Positions 26,954 to 38,537 of a stretch of DNA of 64,000 nt are shown one piece after another; positions within the stretch are counted from its first letter, which is position 1, and every line of letters starts with the position of its first letter. Under the pieces are notes generated by a model, which was given only the letters and a program-made list of their open reading frames with translations, was not told the origin of the DNA and made no database searches. Source of the stretch: Anthoceros angustus (Eukaryota > Plantae > Anthocerotophyta); NCBI GenBank assembly GCA_010909165.1, contig MU008207.1:124001-188000 (forward strand), in the 5' to 3' direction. Position numbers and translations under genes: made by a program.

Positions 26954-28460
26954 CTAAACATTGTCATCATGAAACCACCAACGGGTCTCTTTAGGTGAAC
27001 GCCCATTTCGACAGTTCCTCACATATCTATCATTATCTGGAGGTCTTGCCTGAAACATTCAGAGCATGAGGAGGAGGTTAGCCCTGCGGACTGCAAGGAT
27101 ACACTGAAAGCAACCCGTCAGTAATACATGCACGTATCCAGCAACGATAGTGTCTTATTCATGCAAAGCTTCAAATAAGACACAATCTAAGCTTGATAAG
27201 AAAACCCCATCACCTTAACCGTAGAGCTTGAAAGCATGGACAGTATGCTGATGCAGATCGAACTGACAGTCATAGCTGGGGACCACGAGTCATACAAAAT
27301 ATCTGGCAACGGTGGAAAAAGTGGTCAGCACAGCTTTCTTCAGACTGCGTACCCAAATATCATGTGCAAAGTATTGCTGGGACATCCAGCAGATTGAGAG
27401 CAGGAATCAAGATGCACTGACCTAAGCAGATGTGACCATTGCTGTATATATGAGGGTGCAGAGGAGGAGACTGGACAAAAATGACCTGCCACAAACATGC
27501 ACCATGTTATTTGAAAGAGCCTGAAAGAACCCCTAACACGTCCCATGAGAACAAGTGCAGACCGCATCGGATTTAGCAAGTCTAAACAGCAGTGCCTTAC
27601 GAGATCGTCACGCTAAAGTCTGACATCAATGGATGAAAGGGCACCACACCACAGCAAACAACAGGAATTCAAAAGAAGCTGTTTCCAGGACCATTTCTGA
27701 TCACCACCTTCGCAATTCTGCCATGAAATCCAGCACTAAGTTCCCTCCTACTGCTCCGAACAGTAAGAGAGCTTCGAACATGAAAAACAGACTTCACCCG
27801 ACAGCACTTAATCCAGCACATGTAGCGCACTCCACATATCCAGCGATCCTCCAGAACTACAGCTCAACGTGAGACCCACTAAGCTAGTGGCTCAGTAGTG
27901 ACACGGGAGGATGTTTTGTCACTGTAATGTAGGATCCACTAGGCACCCTATCCCATAATCTAGGGTATCAAAAGCTCTCTTCTACCTGCTAGGCATACGC
28001 AGCTGGATGGTCCAAGTAAAGAGCTGTTTACGATATAGACCTGAGGAGCCTCCATGGGGTAATGTTCCGGGAAGTCAACTTGCAGCTGATACTGCTCATT
28101 GGCGTACAGCGTGCCTGAGGCGCCTGTCACTTCGATAAGCCACCTGGAAACCAGTATTCCAGTGAGAAACGCGAGACATAAACCGGATGCAGGCATGAAG
28201 AGACAATAATCAAGCACCTCTGCAGGTTGTCCGTAACCCGATGCTTGAATCCCGCAGGAGGATTCAACTGCCACTCAGCAAGCTCTTTCTGGAGACGATT
28301 CGCAGCAATCCTGCTGAGGGTCTGAAGAGTTGGCAGTTAGCAATCCGGATCAGAATTGCAGGCCAGATTTTACAAAATTTTAGGAACGCTATGCTGTGTG
28401 ACCCGAGCAACAGCAACAGGCAGAATAAAGGAAGACCTTCTGGGAAGTAGAGGTGCTCAT
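26954..28460 (-). CDS. Ubiquitin-conjugating enzyme E2, UBE2W / plant UBC15-18 type, 6 exons
   Basis: Spliced: MSTSTSQK-TLSRIAANRLQKELAEWQ...-WLIEVTGASGTLYANEQYQLQVDFPEHYPMEAPQ-VIFVQSPPLHPHIYSNGHICL-DILYDSWSPAMTVSSICISILSMLSS-ARPPDNDRYVRNCRNGRSPKETRWWFHDDNV*. Confidence 0.95.
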
Positions 28461-28959
28461 GGTGGCAGGCATGTGCACGCGGGAACGGGAAGTCGTGGTC
28501 AGAGAAGCCGCGGATGAAAGGTTTACGGGTCAGCACGGCACCAGCAGCAGAGGTGACATGCATCCTTCGCCCATGGCAGGCGGCTCGCTCCCCTCTACGC
28601 CTCCCTTGCCACTCGACCCTGTTTTACTGGTGGCCCAGGCACAAATCAGACGGACCCGGTGTCAAATATGTAACCTAGAATAATAAACATTATCATACAA
28701 ACAATGTAGGCATGTGCAGCGCGCTTTATGGAAAAGCGAGAGACGGGATCATTCCATGTACCTTCGGGCGCACTTACATGAACCAACCCGTTCACCCCTG
28801 TTTCGAGTAAGAAAGGGTTATCGATAATCCTGCTATTATGATCAAAGTCCACCAAAACGATCGGTGGCAAAGGAAGTGGGGTTCAAAATCTGGGTGACTT
28901 GGATTTTTTTTTTTTTCGGGTGGTGTAGAGGGTGATTTGGATTTCACAAGTGATGGAGG

Positions 28960-29900
28960 ATGACTATGAGGTTCTTGATATATTAGGGTTTGGTGAGGAG
29001 TTTGCTACCATTGAGAAGGTCTTCACAAGGTGTCTTGGCACACAAGCAGAGCAGAAGAATGTGCCTAATGCATGTGTGCACGAGACTTCACCGATGCCTC
29101 CTCCACGGCACCTTTGATCTTCGCTGATTTTGTGGACGAGGTTGATGTAGATGCATTGTGCTCGGTAACCTGTAGGCCGTAATTCCGAATGTTTCTCCCA
29201 ACACGCCGCTTCATTGTGCTTGTACCTCCCACAGCCAGGGCACGGCTTCTTATCCTTAACTCCTCCGAATGCATGCTCACACTCATGAGGGGAATGGTCC
29301 GTCCCTCGGCACCTCACGTAAGGGCTCCTCCATTCTGGCCTCCGTATTGGTCATGTCGTCCGCCACTCCTACGTGTGCTGGAGTGATCACTTGCAACAAC
29401 ATGAGAGAAAGTGTCGGCGGGCCCTATCTTGTCAGTCATCTCGTACACTTCTTGAAGGGTGTAGTGTTGCCCCTTCGTGCTATGCACTCTTTGTTGCACC
29501 TTCATGTGCTGCGTATATGGCAATGCTTGCAAATACTTCTCTGTAGCCACTCGGTCACTCAGGATCTTAGTTTCATATACCTACTGGTCGATTCTTCGGT
29601 AAGCCATGTTTGTAGTCTCGCCTGGCTTCAGCTTGAAGTGTGTCAGCTCAGAGATCTTCTCATCCGTGCTTGCAAGAAACTCTAGCTGGAAGATGTCAGA
29701 CATCTCTTCAATGGGATCTTGCCCACTTGGTGCTACTGCTCCGTCTGCACTGGTTCCTTCGGAGCTCGAATTGCTACTTGTTGGTCCTCCAGATGTGCCG
29801 CTCAACAACTTCGCCTTGTGCTCTCGATCGCACGCCAATGCTTCATGGCCTAGCATCACCTTAGCAAGCCTAGTATCTCCTTAGCATGGCCTAGCATCGT
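28960..29900 (-). mobile_element. Degenerate retrotransposon gag remnant
   Basis: Zinc knuckle CPGCGRYKHNEAAC and gag-like FKLKPGETTNMAYRR in broken ORFs; flanked by repetitive CCTAGCA-rich sequence. Confidence 0.6.
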
Positions 29901-31699
29901 CTAGCACAGTTAGCACACTAGCACACTAAGCCTTGCGTGACCTAGCATCGCCTAACTTGCCTAACAAGCTTATCAAATCCTAGCACGCCTATCTAACGTA
30001 CACAAGAGATCATAGCTTGTAACAATAAGAGAGAGTGGCTCGCATGTCGTGGCACAAACACACTTTCCCCACGAGAACAATACGCAAATTCTTCACACAT
30101 CGCTCTCGGAGTTATAGCTTTGGCCTCCTTACAACATTCTTGCATTGCATATCTAAAGGACAAGATATGATCTAAGCTTGTCCTCTGTTAAAGGGGATAT
30201 ATATATACTAGCCCTTGGCACCAACATATTCCTAAGATATCGTATTGGCATCAGCATATGCCGGAAATATCCAAAGAATACACTATAATATGCAAGGAAT
30301 ATGCTAAAGCATATTACTTGAGCATATCCACTTAGCTATTGCTAACCATGTTTAATAAACACCAATCAATGCTTAATTAACATAAGCGCTTTAGATTATT
30401 AATACTAATTACTTACTTTAAGATAAGTAATTAGATTAATTAATGTTAATTAGACACTAAACCCAAGTGCAGAGATTAGTGTCACACGGCATGACAGTTG
30501 CGAAGTGGGGGAGGATGTGGAAGGGAGATAGGGGGGGAGGGGGGAGAGGGAATTACTTCGATTTCGTCTTTCCCCTTGGAGGGGAGTGGGCAAGGGGGAG
30601 CTAAAGTTTGTTAAGTGGCCTACATAACTATGCCATGACAGTTGCTTTATGGAGTTGTGCTTGTATATGCCTTCAAATTATAAAGAAGGAGAATCAGTAT
30701 GCTCGTAGTTGAGCAAGAATAAGGCTGGCTTTCTCTAGCTATGGTAGCAAAGCCTTTCAAATGACAATAAGACTTTATCACTTTTCATGACAAGAGCTCT
30801 CACAAGCATCTTGGCCTAATCAAACATCACACCTCGTCTTTGTATATTCAATAGAGATCTCTCCAAAATTAGATGAGCCTCGAGACACCTCGTCTGCACA
30901 GCCCCTTGAAAAACTAGTTCATCCAGTCTTGGAAAGCTCCAATATAGGCACAACTGGTAAATAATTTCAAAATAATAAATTATTATCTATTAGTTCTATA
31001 AATATGAAGATAACTCACCATGGTCAAGTAGAACAGAACTTGAGAATCCATTCGGAGTGTTGAAAGTTGGAAAAGGTAGATAGAGACACAAAATTACTTG
31101 CACGGTGCGTGTAGCGACTTTTTTTTGTGACGCTCGTCCCGGGTATGCTCTGCACCAAGTCCAGGAATTTTGCTTGGAACACATCCATGGTGAGATTCGT
31201 GACCAGTAGCCCTCTGAAGTGGGCCAGGAGATCTCTCCAATGGCTCCCGGCATATAGATAAATGAACAGGCCATGTTCTAGTGCAACGGCATCAAGTTGT
31301 TGTGTAATACTAAAAAATACGTGATCCAGGCTCTTCGGCGGAAGGGGACAAATAAAGAGAAATGTGGAGGCCAGGTGGTAGAATGTGATTCACGGCGAGG
31401 AGGCGAGGAGCGTTGCGTGCCGGGGCCCGGGCCGGCAGAGGCACGTGGTTTGGCGGGTGGCCTTGGCTGTACGAAACACCTCCTGAAGCTTCCGCGTGTA
31501 AACAGTGAGGGTTTCTCTGAAAACGGCCTCCGGGTGGGGTGGGGTGGGGTGGACTGTCCTCCCGCCTTGGTTACTTCGTCCATCGGAAGCATAGGCTATA
31601 GATATAAAGGTATGACCCGCTACTGCCAATGTGTTGATCCTACAGTAGAAAGTTTAACAAAACACAGTGTGTTTGTCTAGGAGATCAAGAATCCCGAGC

Positions 31700-32867
31700 A
31701 TGGCTAGCCTCGTCCAAGGCGCAGCGGCGGCAGCAGTAGCAGCGGCCATGACTGTGGACACCGCGCGGCCGCTGCAGGAGCCTCACTTTCTGGCTAGCGT
31801 TGGCCATGCCTGCTGCAGCAGCAGCAGCAGCGGTAGCGGAGGCGTCAGGAACACGGTGCCCTTCCCCTGGCTCGCCTCCACCACGAGGTTGAAGCGGGAA
31901 GCCAAGATGGCGAGGCGCATCAGCGCCATTCTCATGGAGGAGCGGGACAGCGGCAGCAGCAGCAGCAGCCCTACCAGCAGCAGCACCACCACGGCGAGCT
32001 TGCACCTGCTGTTCCAGCAACAGCAGGAGGCCAGCAGCGGCGCGCTGGACCTCAGGCTGGAGGCGGACGAGCTCTGGCTGGAACTGCGGCGCGAGGCGCA
32101 CGCGGAGTCGGAGGTGGAGCCGGCGCTGGTGAGCTACTACTACTCCACGGTGCTGGCGCATCGTTCTTTGGAGCGAGCTTTGGCGTTTCATCTGGGGAAC
32201 AAGCTGGCCAGCTCTACGCTGCTGAGCACGCAGCTCTTCAGCCTCATTCTGGACACTTTCTCGGAGGACAGCGGGATTCGCGACGCGGTTCGCGCAGATC
32301 TGAGAGCGGTGCGGGAGAGGGATCCGGCCTGCATCTCCTACGCGCACGCAATGCTGAATTTCAAGGGGTTCTTGGCGTGCCAGTCGCACCGGGTGTCGCA
32401 CCGGCTGTGGAATCAGGGAAGGGTGTCGCTGGCTCTGGCTATTCAAAGCCGGGTGTCGGAGGTGTTTCACGTGGACATCCACCCGGCGGCTACCATCGGC
32501 AAGGGCGTCCTGTTCGACCACGCGACGGGCGTGGTGGTGGGAGAGACGGCCACCATCGGCAGCTAACGTCTCCATTCTTCACCATGTCACGTTGGGAGGC
32601 ACAGGTGCTACACGAGGGATCGGCACCCTAAAATTGCGGATGGTGTCCTCATCGGCGCCGGAGCTACCATTTTAGGGAACATTCGGGTTGGGAGTGTGCT
32701 AAGATCGGGCTGGCTCTGTGGTGCTCATTGATGTTCCTCCTCACACCACTGCAGTAGGCAATCCGGCGCGCGTTGTCGGAGGCGGGAAGCACGGCACCGC
32801 AACAAAAGCTAAAGAGCCTCCCAGTGAGACCATGGACCACACTTCCTGGTCTGACTATGTTATTTAG
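31700..32867 (+). CDS. SAT: Serine acetyltransferase, duplicated copy; apparent frameshifts are probably sequence errors
   Basis: ADLRAVRERDPAC, FKGFLACQSHRVSHRLW, FHVDIHPAATIGKGVLFDHATGVVVGETA, and HPKIADG...DVPPHTTAVGNPAR...WSDYVI. Intronless. Indels at about 32562 and in G-runs at about 32616 and 32690-32710. Confidence 0.8.
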
Positions 32868-33143
32868 GTGTCTGCTAGCTTCACACCACAAGTACTGGGA
32901 ATCGAAAGCACACCTCGTGCTCCAGGAAAGTCATGTCAGAGCACGGACGCAGACTCGTGCGACAGACGCAGGCTCGTGCGACAAATTGTGGCAAGAGACT
33001 GTTTTTGTAGTCCATACTGTACAACTTACAATATTAATACTTGTCCACCCACTCCTACCTAGTCTCATTGCACTGCCGATTTCATGCTCCTCCTCCACCC
33101 TGTTCATCTTCACAAGACAGCCCACACCTGCGAACATTTGGCA

Positions 33144-34250
33144 CCAGCAGCGGCGCGCTGGACCTCAGGCTGGAGGCGGACGAGCTCTGGCTGGAACTGC
33201 GGCGCGAGGCGCACGCGGAGTCGGAGGTGGAGCCGGCGCTGGTGAGCTACTACTACTCCACGGTGCTGGCGCATCGTTCTTTGGAGCGAGCTTTGGCGTT
33301 TCATCTGGGGAACAAGCTGGCCAGCTCTACGCTGCTGAGCACGCAGCTCTTCAGCCTCATTCTGGACACTTTCTCGGAGGACAGCGGGATTCGCGACGCG
33401 GTTCGCGCAGATCTGAGAGCGGTGCGGAGAGGGATCCGGCCTGCATCTCCTACGCGCACGCAATGCTGAATTTCAAGGGGTTCTTGGCGTGTCGCACCGG
33501 GTGTCGCACCGGCTGTGGAATCAGGGAAGGGTGTCGCTGGCTCTGGCTATTCAAAGCCGGGTGTCGGAGGTGTTTCACGTGGACATCCACCCGGCGGCTA
33601 CCATCGGCAAGGGCGTCCTGTTCGACCACGCGACGGGCGTGGTGGTGGGAGAGACGGCCACCATCGGCAATAACGTCTCCATTCTTCACCATGTCACGTT
33701 GGGAGGCACAGGTGCTACACGAGGGATCGGCACCCTAAAATTGCGGATGGTGTCCTCATCGGCGCCGGAGCTACCATTTTAGGGAACATTCGGGTTGGGG
33801 AGTGTGCTAAGATCGGGCTGGCTCTGTGGTGCTCATTGATGTTCCTCCTCACACCACTGCAGTAGGCAATCCGGCGCGCGTTGTCGGAGGCGGGAAGCAC
33901 GGCACCGCAACAAAAGCTAAAGAGCCTCCCAGTGAGACCATGGACCACACTTCCTGGTCTGACTATGTTATTTAGGTGTCTGCTAGCTTCACACCACAAG
34001 TACTGGGAATCGAAAGCACACCTCGTGCTCCAGGAAAGTCATGTCAGAGCACGGACGCTCGTGCGACAGACGCAGGCTCGTGCGACAAATTGTGGCAAGA
34101 GACTGTTTTTGTAGTCCATACTGTACAACTTACAATATTAATACTTGTCCACCCACTCCTACCTAGTCTCATTGCACTGCCGATTTCATGCTCCTCCTCC
34201 ACCCTGTTCATCTTCACAAGACAGCCCACACCTGCGAACATTTGGCACCA
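33144..34250 (+). repeat. About 1.1-kb tandem re-duplication of the SAT 3' two-thirds plus downstream sequence
   Basis: Sequence from 32031 recurs at 33144; the junction lies in a shared CCAGC. Confidence 0.9.
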
Positions 34251-35192
34251 GCGGTCAGCAACACATCGCATCGCTCTACGAACTGGATGAAGACGAGCAT
34301 AAAAGCGAAGATACAAGCACCCCAACCCTAATCTGCCCGTCCGCATGCGCAATGTATTGTCGCCATCCACGTCGAGCGCTGACAATCTACTGCTCAAGCT
34401 CGAAGTAGCCTCCTTCACAAGTTTTTCTCGCAACCACACCCGCGTGTAGTCAGGAGTTTCATCAGAAACCTTGTACTCTTCCCATCCCTTCCAGCTTGCA
34501 ATTCACAGCAAGAAAATCAAGCACATCGTATCCTTAAAAGCGTATACTTTGCTTCCACGACACTCACCTCAGTGCTTCCCGAGACGGAACTGCACCCCAA
34601 GTACACAAACTCTTCATTCACCGCAATGGCACGGACATCCGCGTTGCTAGGAATGGTTGCGGATAAACTTCTGTCTTCGCAGTTCCATACCTTCAGCAGC
34701 AAAGACGTCAACGTCAGTCGTGTTTCCAGCAAAGAGGCTAAAAATATAAGTCACCTTTTTCTTGCACTCGATATTTCACCAAAGCCTTCTTTTCGGTATG
34801 TTACATACCTTGACAGCCACACCATCAACAGGCGTGCCCGCTGTGTAAAGGAAACCATTGTACACATGCACTGCGTACACTGGTTTCTTGCCAAGCAGAG
34901 TCCGGACCCCTAATTGCATGGCCACAACCTGCCCGCTTGCGGCGTCTACCTCCTACAAAAACAAAAGCACCCGTCGCCCTCATTAGATAAAAGCGAGAGA
35001 ACCAGTCAGGACCAGCCATGTAACTCAAACAAACAGGTCCTGTGAAAAACCTGGATGCTATTGTCACTGCAACCGGTATAAATCTTGTCGCCCACAACTG
35101 TAACACTCTTGACGTGTTCCCCGCCGTAGAGTGTTTTAGCAGGCGAGTTGTTATTCAGCATTGCACCCAAATTTCAAATCGAAGTGAGAAAT
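34222..35192 (-). pseudogene. Duplicated 3' WD40 exons of the LIN-like gene
   Basis: Reverse complement of about 43498-44480 (VWNCEDRSLSATIP, VWLREKLVK, VWAVL*). It has lost an acceptor AG, carries frameshifts and has no 5' portion. Confidence 0.85.
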
Positions 35193-36329
35193 AGAGTACT
35201 TGGCCCGATTCCGGACAATTGGCCCCACGGCCTGGAACTCGGACAGAAGAGTCGAGTTTCAAGAAACTCTAGCTTCCCATAAGTATTGTTATATAAAGTT
35301 AAATATCTCTGGTCATGATAGATTTAGATCCACCACATTAAATCATCTAAGATACTATTTTTTAGTCTAATTTGGATATCTCAATTGGGAAACTCAATTT
35401 TGGCTATCTTAAGATACGGCAACAACAGCCTCACGGGTAGCATACGAGAGTGAAGACCGTGATTCAGATAATGTCTAGTCATGACCTACTCAACAAGTGG
35501 GAGTATTGATATTATGTTGATATCATGACTATAGGTTTAGGGACAGTTACGATAAATAATCCCTAGTAGATATTGAGTTAGGTAGATATCTTTTCGTTAG
35601 GGTTACGACTTTTCGTCAATAGACACATCGTTTAGATTAAGTTTAAGTTGCCTTTTCGCATAAGTACTTTAGACTCTTTTCTCGATTCTCAATGAATATG
35701 TAATTACTTAATATTGTAATTATTCTACATAATCCATATAAATTGTCAGTGGCCATACTAGCGACTAATGGAGGACGCAGATGAGTCCCTAAACGTCCAG
35801 AGGTTTCGGGCCTGTCCGGTAAAATTTGATATGGATTGTGGTAGAAATGAGTGGAAGGCGGGTGCGCAGTAGGGAGATAGTACAAATGGGTCTGAGGCTG
35901 TAACCTTAGGCCGCTGACGCTCCGTAGAGCGACTCATAAGGTGGTACAATTCAGTAGATGGGTCAAGTTGTCCCGCAGGTATTTCTTCTGGTATAAGATG
36001 TGCTTAGCCACATGGACGCAGTAGCGATGAGTCCTGACCGCTGGCCACGTCGGGTAATGGACTCAGCCGATTGGGCGCCGAACGGGGTAGCATCACGAGC
36101 GGACTTTAGGAGGATTGGGGTCCACTGGGTATCGTCGTTGGGGAGGGAGTCCAGTGGACGGGGAACGCCCGTCAATAACGGTATGAGCTAGTTAGAAGTA
36201 TCCGAAAGTGGTTAAATTAATAGGCGAACGGTGCAGCACGATACATTCCCTCGGGATCGAACCATATACTACACGATACAGGATGTAGTGGGCGCCCAGT
36301 AAGTCCGTCATCGAAAGTACGTCCACAGT

Positions 36330-37085
36330 TACCACCAACCAAAAGCTCAAGCTCGTTAGTTGCTGTGAGGAAAACCAATTGAAGAAGACTGTTAGTTATT
36401 GAGGGGATGAGAATCGGAACAGCTCTAACAGCGTTTAGAGCCAAAGTTTGCCAGTGGTCCACATGGGTTAAATTGAGTCTTTTGATCCATTTACTTTAAC
36501 ATTGTTCACAAAGTTTGTTTGACACTAGTTCATGTTGAGCTTCCTTTTTGCAGCAAATTCTGCCCTTTACATCATAGAAAATACTTGAAAACTTTTAACC
36601 AATATATTCGGTCAAAACAAAGAAGAATCTTTGAAAAGTTTCTCCAACCCCATAAGAAATGTGAACTACTTCAATTTCCTCTTTCCCCTCTGGAGGGGAG
36701 TGGGCGAGGGGGAGCTAAAGTTTGTTGAGTGGCCTTGAGCAAGGCTTCTAGATCGAGGTCCTCATAAAAGACGATGAAGGTTAAGAGCGGGTCATAAATA
36801 GGTAAGTAATCCTTGAAAATGAAAGATTTAGAAGCAAGGGTTACCTCCAACCAAAAGTCGAAGCTCATAAGTTGCTTTGAGGACAACCGATTGAAGAAGA
36901 CTGCTAGTTGTCGAGGGGATGGGAATTGGGACAGTTTTGACATCGTTTGGAGCCAAAGTTTGCCGGGGGTCCACATGGGTTAAATTGAGTCTTTTGATCC
37001 ATGTTCTTTGACATTGTTCACAAAGTTTGTTTGACACTAGTTCATGTTGAGGTTCCCTTTTACAACAAATTATGCCTTCTACATC
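36330..37085. repeat. Two diverged direct copies of an about 250-bp module (36330-36590 and 36840-37085)
   Basis: Shared CCACATGGGTTAAATTGAGTCTTTTGATCCAT and ACATTGTTCACAAAGTTTGTTTGACACTAGTTCATGTTGAG. Confidence 0.85.
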
Positions 37086-37125
37086 TTAAAAAAACGGAGC
37101 ACTCTATGGAGTCCATGTATCTTTT

Positions 37126-37262
37126 TTGCAAGTGTCTAGTCTGATCAATCCTTTCTTGCAAGTGTATGGTCTGTTCAATCCCTTTCTGCAAGTGCCTGGT
37201 CTAATCAATCCTTTCTTGCAAGTGCCTGGTTTGATCATTCATTTCTTGCAAGTGCTTGATCA
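37126..37262. repeat. 30-bp tandem repeat, about 5 units
   Basis: TGCAAGTG occurs at 37127, 37157, 37187, 37217 and 37247. Confidence 0.95.
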
Positions 37263-38537
37263 GTCACTGTTTGTGATGTAGGAATTGGAGGGATTATTTT
37301 TTACAATGGCTCCATATATACGAAACTCTATCCGGTTGCTTACTATCTCCTTATCCAGGCCTTGGACGTTGCAATACCCTATCTCATATAAGAACAAGCT
37401 GATGCTCCTAATGATTGGAGCCACGGTGGTAACGATGGGAGCTACAGTGATGATGATAGGAGTATCAATGGGCCTCCACATTGCTAATGAGTACTTGGTA
37501 TCGCAAATTCCACGTTCCCGTATGTGAATTTCGTACGCAGCAACCCTGCATATGGAAACACAACACTCCCAAGAATAGCTTGCCAATTGTCTTGGCGTAA
37601 AACAATGTCTTTGTCGCCAAAGATGTTGATGTGCTTGCATGTCATGCATATAGGGTGTCAAATTCTTGATTGTTAAACTTCATACAAGTCATTGTGTATT
37701 GAGCTTGAGTGCGTCCTGACAGGGCCCAAGGGGAAGCTACATGCTCGTCCATAGGTGCGAGAAGAAAGTAACAAAAGATGGTTGATGGGGAGAGTGTACG
37801 TGCTTAGTAAATGAAGAGGGTCCTCTTCCAAGCCTTAGAAATCGAGCGAAGTGATCATGGTCGCCAATGCACAAATTCCAATGGGAGCACCGTGATGGTG
37901 TTTATTAGAACAAAGGCGTGATGGCTGCTATAAATAATTCAACGATCATGCCTATAGTTGCAGCTGCCCTTGAAGCTTGCTCTAGTTCCAAGTGCTCATG
38001 TCTTATAAATGTGTGTCCAAATGGCTTGGGCCAAATGGACGCACATTTATAACAACACCGTGATTAAGCATCCTGAGCTACTTAGATGGGGTGCCTAAAG
38101 GGAGTGGATGCCCTTGGTGCAAGTAGCTTAGCCACACCATGGTACAAGTTGTTAAGTACCAAGTCCCATGACGGAAATCCGCCCTTAGTGGACTTCAATA
38201 AAATTCTTCTTCTTCTTCATCTTCTTCATGTTCCCCCATACAATTATGAACGGTGATCCGCAAGTCCAACTGAACAACAAGCGCTTTAAAGTATATGTTT
38301 TTGTTTCGTGTTTCGTGATGATTGGCAAGCCGGCCGGTGTGGCCGGTCGGCCGGCGTCTTCACAGAAGAGGAGCCGGTGCTGTAGCAGCCGCAGCTGATG
38401 CTGCTGCGGCGCATTCACGTGATTCCTTCCACTGAGCATGAGCATGGGCGTGCGCTGGTGCACATCGAGCTGAAGCAAAGGAAGAAAAGACGACGAGAAG
38501 ACGAGAAGACGAAGAGAAAGAGGAGGAGAAGAGGAGG

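Noticed and set aside
35254-35272. Helitron 3' end (hairpin GAGTTTCAAGAAACTC plus CTAG) explaining the SAT/LIN capture
   Set aside because: The hairpin overlaps the CTAG instead of lying about 10 nt upstream, the next base is C rather than T, and no 5' TC end or RepHel was found.
35490-35760. Solo LTR with PPT and PBS
   Set aside because: The PPT-like AAGTGGGAG and the TGTCA-GTGG end are suggestive, but there is no second copy or recognisable tRNA match, so it is not supportable.
37126-37262. CRISPR-like array (also considered for 13.4-13.9 kb and 58.5-58.8 kb)
   Set aside because: The units are contiguous without unique spacers, there are no cas genes, and the context is eukaryotic.
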